A stretch of DNA of 20,000 bases, taken from NCBI GenBank assembly GCA_040182905.1, contig JARQWU010000029.1, forward strand, positions 46,385 through 66,384, given 5' to 3'. Source of the DNA: Barthelona sp. PAP020. Its lineage: Eukaryota. Both the position numbers and the translations under genes were made by a program. Below, in pieces: positions 1 to 9,690 of the stretch; within the stretch, counting starts at the first letter, position 1, and every line of letters starts with the position of its first letter. The notes beneath the pieces were generated by a model, which worked only from the letters and a program-made list of their open reading frames with translations, was not told the origin of the DNA and did no database searches.

Positions 1-1
1 G

Positions 2-1468
2 TGCCTTTTATTCGTTGCTTTATTAGCTCAAGTGTTCTTTGCCCCTTTTAAATCTGCTAAATTTGATGTGATGGAATTCAGTTCATTATTGGCATCTTTG
101 TTAGTATTGTTTTCTGGTATTGTTTCGGATCATGCCGATGTAACAAGCGGTGTAAAGACCATTATGAACCTTATTGCTGTATTGGGAGTTTTGTTTGTTG
201 TTGTGATTTTCATCACAATTTTGATAAGCAACATTCAACCGTTGAAATGGTTTGAAAAGCTATTCCCTGTTGATGAAGTTGATCGTAAGGGTATTTTTGA
301 GAAAGATGACACTGAAGTTGATATTGGTGAAGTTCCGGAAGAACACAAAGAAAGTGATCCAGTGGAAGAGAATATTCAAGACAAGGAACTTATTATTGAT
401 GAAGAGACTGTTGACACTGATCTCAAAATTAAATCAGAGGAAGAAATGAATCAGATCATTTCAAATTCGATTGTCTCCAATCATGCATCTTCTAATTCTT
501 CACTTTTGAATGATGAAAATCCAGATGGTGAACCCAGTTTTAAGGCAATAACACCCATTTTCTCAGATAACGAGAGTGATAGTGAAGAATCGGATATTGA
601 AAACATTGAAATAGGAACACCAAACATTGGTAATGCTATTATCACAGATACAGTTGATGATGAAAATGTGCAAACAAAGGAAGACTTATTATTGGATGAT
701 TTGGGCAAACTTTTCAACAAGGATACTGAAATGCAAATAGGTAATAATAAAGTTTCTGACTCTGATTCTGATGATATTTTAGATGGTTTGGATTTTAACA
801 ATATGCATAATTCAGGGAAAAACCTTTTAATGAGCGAAAGAAAATCACAGAACTCACAGAACTCATTGCTTTTTGATTCCGAATCAAATAGCATTGACTT
901 CAATGAAAGTGACCTTGAAGAGCTTTCGTTAGAAAATAAAAGTCATGAGAAACATGAAAGGAACAGAAATAAGCTGAACACGTTACGTCGAAATAAAAGG
1001 AAAAACACAAATCAAAACCAATCCCAAAAGCATCCACAACCTTCGAAATCTGGCAATGATATGTTACCACAGATTGGTTTCAAAAAGATCGATTATCATG
1101 ATGACGTTTTTGCCAATGAACAACCTGAATTGTTAAATAGAAATAATCGATCGCCGTCTTATGCAAGCGATATTGGAAAGTTATTGAATGAGATGCATTT
1201 ACCGACTTTGAGCACTACACAAATTGAAAATAACAAAGATGTAACCACAGTAACTCACAACAAGTGGCATCTCAGCAGTGACGATGATGTTCCTGAAGTT
1301 GTACCAATGGCAATTACAAATTTCACAAAGGCGGTTAATTGGGAAGATGATGCCGCCAAAAAGAAGGTTAAAAAACCCAAGAAAAAGTCAAAAATAGATA
1401 AAAAATCAGACAATTTTTATGGAAACAGCTTTGATTTTGACAATTTAAATTTGAATAAATGGAGATAG
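2..1468 (+). CDS. 5'-partial multi-pass membrane protein: last TM helices followed by a long acidic, low-complexity cytoplasmic tail
   Basis: The frame is open from position 2 (CLLFVALLAQVFFAPF...), so the gene starts upstream of the window. Hydrophobic segments FSSLLASLLVLFSGIV and LIAVLGVLFVVVIFITILI precede about 400 aa of D/E/S/N-rich sequence with a basic KKKVKKPKKK patch. Ends in TAG. Confidence 0.75.
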   Translation, partial: CLLFVALLAQVFFAPFKSAKFDVMEFSSLLASLLVLFSGIVSDHADVTSGVKTIMNLIAVLGVLFVVVIFITILISNIQPLKWFEKLFPVDEVDRKGIFEKDDTEVDIGEVPEEHKESDPVEENIQDKELIIDEETVDTDLKIKSEEEMNQIISNSIVSNHASSNSSLLNDENPDGEPSFKAITPIFSDNESDSEESDIENIEIGTPNIGNAIITDTVDDENVQTKEDLLLDDLGKLFNKDTEMQIGNNKVSDSDSDDILDGLDFNNMHNSGKNLLMSERKSQNSQNSLLFDSESNSIDFNESDLEELSLENKSHEKHERNRNKLNTLRRNKRKNTNQNQSQKHPQPSKSGNDMLPQIGFKKIDYHDDVFANEQPELLNRNNRSPSYASDIGKLLNEMHLPTLSTTQIENNKDVTTVTHNKWHLSSDDDVPEVVPMAITNFTKAVNWEDDAAKKKVKKPKKKSKIDKKSDNFYGNSFDFDNLNLNKWR

Positions 1469-1650
1469 CAGTGGAGCCTTTTATTCATTCTTAAACAATA
1501 AAATGTAAATATAATTATATCTTTTTTTCTGCAATTTTTAAATAAAACAGTAAATAGGACGTCAACACAAATCCTAAGTGTTTCAACCATCATTTCGACA
1601 AGATTTTGAAGTTTTGTGGAATATTATGATTCTTTCTTGTGATTTTAAAA

Positions 1651-3048
1651 ATGGATTCTCATCATGAAATATACAATTCAAACGAATTAAATAGAATGTT
1701 GGATGATTCAGGAATAGTTCTTGGAAGATATAGATCTGCAAACTCTTGAAAAATATGAAGATTTTCTAAAACATGTCCAGTTTAATATTTCCAGATTATG
1801 TTACCGAAGAAAATGATAACCATTTATATTTGGGGGAACAAAATGGAATTATTGTTGTTATCAAATGTTATACAAAAGGGATAAAAGGGGATGAACTGAT
1901 AAAAGAATGTTGTGACTTGTTTCAAAGATTTCCATTCATGCGAAGGGTGTTTGGTACCACATAAATCAATGAAAGCTATGGTATTGTGATAGAGTTTTGT
2001 GAAACCATTTTTGCAAAAATGATAACTGATTTTTCAACAAATTTGAACCAAAAAAAAATTGAATTAACTCATCAAATTGAAGTATTAGCTGAACAATCAA
2101 ATCAACTAAAAAATTGGAAGATTATTAAAGGCTCTCCAAAAACTGGAAACCAAAACTTTTTTGCAATTCAAAATTTCGAAGAAACCCTTGTGTTTAGTGA
2201 TGAGTTTCCTGGTAAATATGTTTGTGCCCTTAACTTTAGCTCTAATGGACAATTTTTTGCTATTGCAGGCTGTTGGAACAGTAAACTTCTGAGAGTGTAT
2301 GATTCCAAAACCCATGGAATTGTCAATGAAAATGAGTATGTCAAAACAAGGGGTCTCAGTTTTTTTCCAGACTCTAAATTGTTGGTTGTTGGTGGAAAAG
2401 GTCCAGAAATTCCCATAATTGATGTTGAAAAACAATGGGAGCAACAGCTGTGGGATTCGAAATGTAAATCATGTGTCGTTTTCACCAGATGGCAAAGTAC
2501 TTTCTTTGGTATGGACCGTGGGTATATTGCCATATACATGCCAGAAGGACAAAAATTACATGAATCTAAACAACATCAAAAATTTGTCGGATCGGTTCGT
2601 ATTGGTCCTCACATGAAATACTTCACTTCTATTATTCTTGATGGACACTCAAAGTTGTTATTCTTAGAAGGTTATGAAGAGATTCACTCTTGGAATCATT
2701 GTAAAAAAGTATATTTTGGTAGTTTTTCACCAAATGGTGAGTTTTGGGCAACAGGAAATGTCAGTGGCACAATACGCGTATTCAGGGTTGAATCTAGAGA
2801 GTTGGTGGGAAATCATAAAGTTCATAATGGTTCGGTTCCATCTATCATATTCTCCAAGATAATTTGATATATACCTGTTCTATTGATAAATCTTTTGCTA
2901 TAACTCGAGGGAAACAAAACAAGTAGTACAAAAAGTGTTTGTTAACTTTGAAATATTGGTTATTGCAATCAATTTCAATGGAACTCGATTATTATGTTGT
3001 GGTTCTAAGATTCCAAAAATTATCCAAGAAATTGTGAGATATTATTAA
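1651..3048 (+). pseudogene. Disrupted gene: degenerate protein-kinase N-lobe fused to WD40 repeats
   Basis: ORFs 1773-1964 and 1986-2867 share a frame, separated by TAA at 1962-1964 (YLGEQNGIIVVIK...VFGTT*INESYGIVIEFCE, resembling kinase beta3 and hinge). WD40 blades follow (FSSNGQFFAIAG, FFPDSKLLVVGG, FSPNGEFWATGNVSGTIRVF). WD-like sequence continues in other frames after about 2855 (NLIYTCSIDKSFAI) and about 2911 (ETKQVV...INFNGTRLLCCG) to TAA 3048. The 5' part from ATG 1651 also needs frameshifts. Confidence 0.7.
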
Positions 3049-3269
3049 TAAAATTTTTCTCCAAATTAAACGTGTAGAGCCGCCATTTGGACATATTTGT
3101 GAATATTTAAGACTTTTTTGTCTTTTGACATTTTCTTTGGTTAATGTTTGTCTTAACTAAATAAAGCACATTAGATTATGAAGCTAAGAATAATCGTAAT
3201 AGAAATTTGTAAATGGTTTGCTTCCCAATGGATGGGTAGTTGGATTGTTTTTTTTTTTGTCATTTAAGA

Positions 3270-4088
3270 ATGTACTTCAACGATCAAAACTTGATGGAAA
3301 CGTTTCATCAAATTACCAATGAGCATACAAATAAAATAGATGAACCCTCAAAACATCATAGAAATACTACATCTAATTTATTTGATTTTTCTACTTTGGC
3401 TACTGATATGGCTCAAAGATTACAACAAACTTCTGAATTATTTGATAGATTATCTCAAATAACTGGTGGATTAAAAAATTTTGAAACAAATGGTGAAGAA
3501 GTTCAACGTTTATTCGAAATCATTCAAAATCAATTGACTTCTATGAAGGATCAAATGCCTATATTACAAGGCGTTACCGAAACTCAACGATTAAACATTC
3601 AATCTCGAAAGTTTGCTGAAAACGTCTGTCAAACTTTGCAACATAAAACTGTAATGTTATCTTCACAATATAAATCAGCTTTAGAAGCTCATAGTCGATA
3701 TATTACCAATCAAACAGAAAGAAGGACAATGTTATACAAGGACACAACTTTGGTAGACGTTCCTTTATTGGATGATAATGCTCATGGGCAGACTACAATG
3801 ACATATGCACAAGATTTCAGAAGTTCTCAAACAGAAACCTTGAAGCAAATTGACACCATGTTGAATGAGCTACAAGATATATTCAAACAACTAAATTCTA
3901 TCATTACAATGCATGATGAAATCATTATTAATATTGAAAACACTGTTGATGATACTAACATGCATTTAGATGGTGCTGTTGTTGAAATTCAAAAGTTTTA
4001 TAATAATATGAAGAATAACAGAAAGTTGTTGATATATATTTTTATTGCTTTGATCATTGTTGTGTTTGTATATAAATTGATTATCTGA
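3270..4088 (+). CDS. STX5: Syntaxin-5 / Sed5-like Qa-SNARE (272 aa from ATG 3270)
   Basis: Habc helices, a SNARE motif TLKQIDTMLNELQDIFKQLNSII that matches the STX5 pattern, the NR-x-L juxtamembrane motif and a C-terminal TM anchor. The TTG at 3240 lies just before a poly-T tract, so ATG 3270 is preferred. Confidence 0.85.
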   Translation: MYFNDQNLMETFHQITNEHTNKIDEPSKHHRNTTSNLFDFSTLATDMAQRLQQTSELFDRLSQITGGLKNFETNGEEVQRLFEIIQNQLTSMKDQMPILQGVTETQRLNIQSRKFAENVCQTLQHKTVMLSSQYKSALEAHSRYITNQTERRTMLYKDTTLVDVPLLDDNAHGQTTMTYAQDFRSSQTETLKQIDTMLNELQDIFKQLNSIITMHDEIIINIENTVDDTNMHLDGAVVEIQKFYNNMKNNRKLLIYIFIALIIVVFVYKLII

Positions 4089-4228
4089 GGTCAGAATTCT
4101 TTTTTTTTTTTCAACTTATAATTGTGGTTATATTGTCTTAACATGATGTAGAAACGATATTACAGGGAAATATGATGATTTAAAAAAACCACAATTTTAT
4201 TTTTTTTTTTTGTTTTATTGTTGTTAAA

Positions 4229-6088
4229 ATGAGCAGACCTTTAACTGCTCCTCCGAAATCATTGAAAAAATCACAACAAACTATATATGTTGCTGTACGG
4301 TATTTTTAATTATTTTTTTAATAATATCTAATATTTAGTGTTCGACCTGCAAATGAACAAGAAATCAATGGGAATTATCGAAATATTGTTTCAATTTTAG
4401 ATGATAAAGTTTTATGTTTTGATCCACCACCTCTACCGGAATTTACTCGACCTTTAACTGCTCAACCAACCAAAATTAGAAGGAGAGGGAGTAGTAATTT
4501 ACCTAAAAATGAATCAAAACGAGCTAAGGATATAAAATTCATGTTTGATTCAGTTATGGATACAGATACAGACCAAAGAACTGTTTACGAAAATACAGCG
4601 AAAAAATTAATTGAAGCTGTTTTATCTGGACATAATGGTACCATGTTTGCCTATGGAAGTACTGGATCAGGAAAAACGACAACAATGCTTGGAAATGACA
4701 TTTGTGGGCCAGGTGTTATGGTTTATGCCATGGAAGATCTGTTTGCTTCAATGAGAGAGCAGAATGACAGATATGAGTTCAATGTTAAATTATCATACTT
4801 AGAAATATATAATGAGACGATTAAAGATTTGCTTGATCCTAAGAGTAAAAAAGTATGCTCTTTGCGTGAAACTCCTGATGGAGAGATGATAATTTCCAAT
4901 TTAGTTCAAGTTGAGTTGGAAGATTGTGCTAACGTGTTTCATTATTTAAAAAAGGGAAATGCGCATCGTAGTCAATCTGCCACTGAAGCAAACAAGACCT
5001 CAAGTAGATCACATGCAGTTTTGCAAGTATTCATTGAGAGGAAAACAATTGGAGCGCCTGATGATGTTGTTTACTCCAAACTGTCGTTGGTTGATCTAGC
5101 TGGATCGGAGCGTGCTGCCCGAACAAAGAATCAAGGTGTTAGACTCATGGAAGGTGCTAATATCAATAGATCTTTGTTAGCTTTGGGAAATTGTATAAAT
5201 GCTTTAACCATGGGAAAAAAGAAACAGTTCATTCCCTACAGAAATTCTAAGTTAACGAGATTATTGAAGGACTCATTGGGAGGCAATTGTAAAACGATTA
5301 TGATCGCAAATATATCTCCATCTGCTTATTCTTATGATGATATTTATAACACGTTGAAGTACGCATCACGAGCTAAACATATTACAGTTGAAGTATCTCA
5401 AAACAGACAAAGAACTTCAGATCATCTTAGTCAATACACAACAATCATTGCAGAGCAAAAGAAACAAATCAAAGAATTGAACGAAAAATTGGAGCAGTAC
5501 GAACGTTTACTAAAATTGGAACAGAATGACAGAGCTCGAAATGTATCTTCATCACAACAAGAGGATTTGATTATGAACATGTTTGAACTTTTGAAACAAC
5601 AACAAGATGTATTAAAAACTAATCATTTACTGACAGATAACATGAGTAGTCGTTATGATTCTTTTGAAAATAGTTGGGAAAATTCAACATTTGATGAATA
5701 TGAAATAGAAGAAATTCCTCCAAAGAAAGCTTTGATGAATTCTCCAAACATTCATACTCCTGGACGTCCTGGTACTTCAATGTTCAGTAAAAGGCCAAGA
5801 ACTCCCAGACTTGTTACTAAAACTCCTTGTTCTCCACATTTATTGACTCCTGTTTCAACTCAAAAGTATGTTGTGGAAAATTTATTGGATAAGAATAAAC
5901 ATTGTCAAAAGATTGGATTAGATACGTTAAGGAAGAATTTTAAGGAATTAAGTTCCATGTATCTATCTGGGATTGGTTCACCCCAAAAACTTCTTTTAAA
6001 TGATCAGCCTATAAAAAAACCTCCAAGAAAAGAGGAATCAAAAGGGTTATTTGTTCGTTTTAATGAAAAAGATGGTGAAATATTTTAG
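4229..6088 (+). CDS. Kinesin-8 family motor (KIF18/KIF19/Kip3-like), join(4229..4299,4339..6088), 606 aa
   Basis: Splicing restores IYVAVRVRP at the motor start. It has the extended loop 2 after VLCFDP typical of kinesin-8, P-loop YGSTGSGKT, SYLEIYNE, SSRSH, DLAGSER, EGANINRSLLALGNCINAL and IPYRNSKLTRLLKDSLGGNC. A neck coiled coil and S/T-P-rich tail follow. Confidence 0.92.
4300..4338 (+). other. 39-nt spliceosomal GT-AG intron (phase 2) in kinesin-8
   Basis: GTATTTTT...ATCTAATATTTAG contains an in-frame TAA. Its removal joins CG|T to give the conserved VAVRVRP. Confidence 0.9.
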
Positions 6089-6422
6089 TCAAAGATTCAT
6101 GTGACTTGTTTTGTAAATTACTCTTAAACAAGACTTTTTTAATACCTCATTGTTATTTTTTGTATGTTTAACAACTTTGTAATATTAAATTTTGCTCTTT
6201 TCAGAATTTTGTTGTATATATAAACAGTTTTTTTAGGTTTTTTTCTTTTTAACTGAATATTGAATTATTTTTTTATTTAAATACACAGAGTTTGAATCAA
6301 AACCTTTGAAAATTGAATGTTTCATCACAATTTTTGTTTTCTTTTCACAACCAACCGTGTATTGTTGTTTTATTTAAGCAAATATGTGCATATTAAATAA
6401 AAATAAAAACAAACAATCAAAT

Positions 6423-7022
6423 TTACAAGTCTTTTTTAATAATCACTTTGTCAAAGTCCTCAATTTTTTTCAAAATAGTGTTTGTTTCCTTTTCCAAAAA
6501 AGAAACCTGTTCATTACTTTTGGAAATAAATGAATCAAGCTTTTCATTATCAATTAACCCTTCCACATCAATCTCTTCTTTGTTACCCTTTTCTACAATC
6601 AAATCTTCTTCTTTCATCTCCATATCAACATCATTATTTGGTTCTCTTTTTAAAGAATTAGAAAAGCTTTTTGAAATTTCTTTTGCTATATTCAAATGAT
6701 CTCTTAATTTTTTTTGTTGAAGCTCTAAATTTTGAATTGAAGTATTATATGAAGGCATTTTAAACTCATATTTTTCAATATTTCCAAATTTTTCCAAACA
6801 ATCATTCATAAAACGTGTCCATTTTTTTTTAAAGTTGCGACTTTGTTCTTTTGATAAAATTTTATTATCCTTAGCCTCTTTAGCTCTAATATTATACCCA
6901 TCTTTCATTATCTTTGCTATATTTTCAATAAGTTCTATGTAATCTTCTTCGGAAAGTGGAATAATCATTTCAACATCACTAACATCACTAATATCACTAA
7001 TATCACTAATATAGCTGCTCAT
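6423..7022 (-). CDS. Hypothetical 199-aa helical/coiled-coil protein
   Basis: ATG-initiated 600-nt ORF in very AT-rich DNA with an A-rich start context (AGAAAATG). K/E-rich heptad-like segments; no recognised motif. Confidence 0.7.
   Translation of the reverse strand: MSSYISDISDISDVSDVEMIIPLSEEDYIELIENIAKIMKDGYNIRAKEAKDNKILSKEQSRNFKKKWTRFMNDCLEKFGNIEKYEFKMPSYNTSIQNLELQQKKLRDHLNIAKEISKSFSNSLKREPNNDVDMEMKEEDLIVEKGNKEEIDVEGLIDNEKLDSFISKSNEQVSFLEKETNTILKKIEDFDKVIIKKDL
6972..7010. repeat. 9-nt tandem repeat (AAYATCACT x4 plus partial) encoding ISDISDISDVSDV
   Basis: aacatcact aacatcact aatatcact aatatcact aat, read directly from the sequence. Confidence 0.85.
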
Positions 7023-7326
7023 TTTCTATTTAAACCATAAAACGCAAAAAAAACAATTCTTCAAAACGCCTTCTCCAAACCACGTTCGTTCTTCAATTTC
7101 TCTTTGTCGCAATATTTCTCTTTCAAATGATATTGTGATTGATTATAAACTATTTCTTTACTGATTTATAAAAAAGAACACTATATAACGAAAAAAACAA
7201 TTTAATTTAATTTATTTAATAATAGACTAAAATATAAGGTAAAATATTGTCTTAATTTAAAAAATATATTTTGATTGAACATCTTTAAAAAATCTCAACA
7301 AATTTTAAAACAACTTTTCAAACAGA

Positions 7327-9489
7327 CTAAGTTTCAGCGTAATCGACAATTAATCGTCTATTCAGCAATCGAGTTGATTGTAAAGCTATTCTAGCTTGTT
7401 CAGCTTCATCTTTGGTTAAAAATTCTGCAAAAGCAATACCACGAGAAGTGCCATCGAATTTCTTCGGAATTCGAAGAGTTTTTAATTCACCATACGAGCT
7501 CAAAATCATTTGTAAATCTTTCTTTGTGGCTTCAAATGGTACATTCTTAATGATTAATTTTTTCGTGGCAGCAACATTATCAGTTAGAGATGATGAAGAA
7601 GTAGATTCAGGATTTGCTTGACCAGAAGGACTAGACATGGTTAATTGAATGGCTCTTCCTTCAATTTCAACACCATCAAAGATACGCAAAGCCGATTGAG
7701 CATCCTCTGCAGTTGCAAATTCAACAAAAGCAAAACCTCTTGTTTGTCCATTTGGTTTTCTTGGAACAGTAACATACTTGACTTTGAATTTTTGTTCGAA
7801 TACTTCTCTAATATATTGGTCTGTTGCATCCTTGGAAATACCTTTAATATGAATGGTTTTAGACTTATTCAACAATGAAGTAGAATCAACCTTTTTATTT
7901 TCAACAATGTTGATATTTTTAGATCTAATATCATCATTCTTAGGCAAGCTGAAAACGTTTTCGGGTGCGTATTGAATGAATAATGGTTGATCGTAATAGT
8001 CAACATATGCTAAACGTCTAAAACAACTTTTAGCGGCATTTTCATGAGAAAATTGAACGATAGCGATTGAATTATGTGGAGATAAAATTAGTTTTAAGAT
8101 ATCACCAAAAGGAGAAAATTTTTCTCGTAAATTTCCTTCAGTTACCAAATGGGATAAATTTTTGATAATTAAAGTTGTTTTAGACAAAGGTATTCTATTC
8201 AAAGTGTTTCTATTTTTAGCTTTTTCTTCATAATATTCTTCAAAACTCTTTAAATTAACACCATTTTTCCGTAAATATTCTTTAACACTTCTAATTTCTT
8301 CAGTTTCTATTAATGCTGCCCTAACAGCAATGCTATCATCATTCACATCAAGAATATCAGATTTTTCAACAGATAATTCTTTTGCTGCAGCACTAATAGC
8401 TGTATCAAGACGAATGAAAAAAGCATTCCAATTGTATGAATTTTCAGCAGATTTTTGTAATTGCTGTAATTTCATAGTCTTATATCCCATAGATTCAACT
8501 TTTTTATTAACTTTTGCATTAGTGACAGTTTTTTCATTATCGTATGCAGGTAAAATATGGAGATTTCTTCCTAAAAATGTTATTCCGTCATTTTGTTTGA
8601 AAAAATTTAAAGCATCTAATGGATTGACAAATTTAACGTAACATGTACCAACTGGTTTGTTTGTTAATTTATCTAAAGGTAAATGAATCTCTTCAATTTC
8701 TCCGTAAGGACTGACTAATTTGCTAATATCATCATTTTTAACAAAAAAGGTTAGATTTCTCATAAAAACCCGACCAGTTTTTCGAACTAACGCGTCACCT
8801 TCTTTTGCGGAAATTTCTTTAAAATTCGCTTCAGACCTAGGTGCTCTTTGTCCTCTTTTTAATTTTGTTTTTTGTTTTGATTTGACTTCATCCTTTTCTT
8901 TTGTTTGCTTTTTTTCTTCTTCTTTTTCTTCTTCTAATTCAGGTTCCCTTTTTTTCACTTCATCTAAATTCATTGAAGATTCAACAAGTCCATCTTCCCA
9001 ACGCCTATCATTCTCAGATACTGCTGAAATAAATTCATTCACAGATATGGCTGAGCTTTGCTTCGTTTCATCAATCAAAACACCTTTAGATCTTAAAATA
9101 TCTTCCCATTGCTCCTTTTTCTTTTTGTCTCTTTCTTCTTTTCTTTGTTCCTTTAATTTATCCTGTAATTCTTTGTTTTGATTTAAAAAAGCAGTAGATC
9201 CAGGAGTATATCGAGACCAACCACGGGGCAAATTAGGATCATCTCTTTGATATGCATATTCAACAGCCAATTCTGTTCTGTCATAATATGCACGATGAAA
9301 ATTATCAATAAATTGTTTTGCATCTTCTTCAGAATAAAAACCAACAAAACAAAATCTTCTTGAAGCTCCATTTGCAGAACGAACCAATCTTAAATCAGTA
9401 ATATTATTAACATCCTTCAAAAACTTTCGTATTGATTCTTCTGTTGCATATTTTGGTAAATTTTTAATGATAACACGACTTGAAGACAT
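7327..9489 (-). CDS. MRD1: Multiple-RRM pre-rRNA processing protein Mrd1/RBM19
   Basis: N-terminal SRVIIKNLPK...SRRFCFVGF RRM, TGRVFMRNL RRM, linker WNAFF and AVRAALIETE, TTLIIKNL RRM, RGFAFVEF RRM, and a final KLIIKNVPFEATKKDL...RGIAFAEF...LLNRRLIVDYA RRM. Five RRMs, as in yeast Mrd1. Confidence 0.93.
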   Translation of the reverse strand: MSSSRVIIKNLPKYATEESIRKFLKDVNNITDLRLVRSANGASRRFCFVGFYSEEDAKQFIDNFHRAYYDRTELAVEYAYQRDDPNLPRGWSRYTPGSTAFLNQNKELQDKLKEQRKEERDKKKKEQWEDILRSKGVLIDETKQSSAISVNEFISAVSENDRRWEDGLVESSMNLDEVKKREPELEEEKEEEKKQTKEKDEVKSKQKTKLKRGQRAPRSEANFKEISAKEGDALVRKTGRVFMRNLTFFVKNDDISKLVSPYGEIEEIHLPLDKLTNKPVGTCYVKFVNPLDALNFFKQNDGITFLGRNLHILPAYDNEKTVTNAKVNKKVESMGYKTMKLQQLQKSAENSYNWNAFFIRLDTAISAAAKELSVEKSDILDVNDDSIAVRAALIETEEIRSVKEYLRKNGVNLKSFEEYYEEKAKNRNTLNRIPLSKTTLIIKNLSHLVTEGNLREKFSPFGDILKLILSPHNSIAIVQFSHENAAKSCFRRLAYVDYYDQPLFIQYAPENVFSLPKNDDIRSKNINIVENKKVDSTSLLNKSKTIHIKGISKDATDQYIREVFEQKFKVKYVTVPRKPNGQTRGFAFVEFATAEDAQSALRIFDGVEIEGRAIQLTMSSPSGQANPESTSSSSLTDNVAATKKLIIKNVPFEATKKDLQMILSSYGELKTLRIPKKFDGTSRGIAFAEFLTKDEAEQARIALQSTRLLNRRLIVDYAET

Positions 9490-9690
9490 CTATGATTTGT
9501 TGAAAAATAATAATTGAAATAAATTTTTTTTGAAGAATTTTTTTCTCACTTTCAATTATTTGATTCATCATACGAATATTTAATAATAAACTCATTTATT
9601 TAAAAGAAAAATAATCAAATGATAAATGTTCAACAATGCAGAATGAACTTTTTTGAATAAGTATACTGTCTTTATCGATAATAATAATAT

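Noticed and set aside
1962..1964. In-frame TAA as evidence for stop-codon reassignment (TAA=Gln)
   Set aside because: PKA-C ends FDDF-TAA and MRD1 ends in TAG at their expected termini, long ORFs have no internal TAR, and the same locus has frameshifts.
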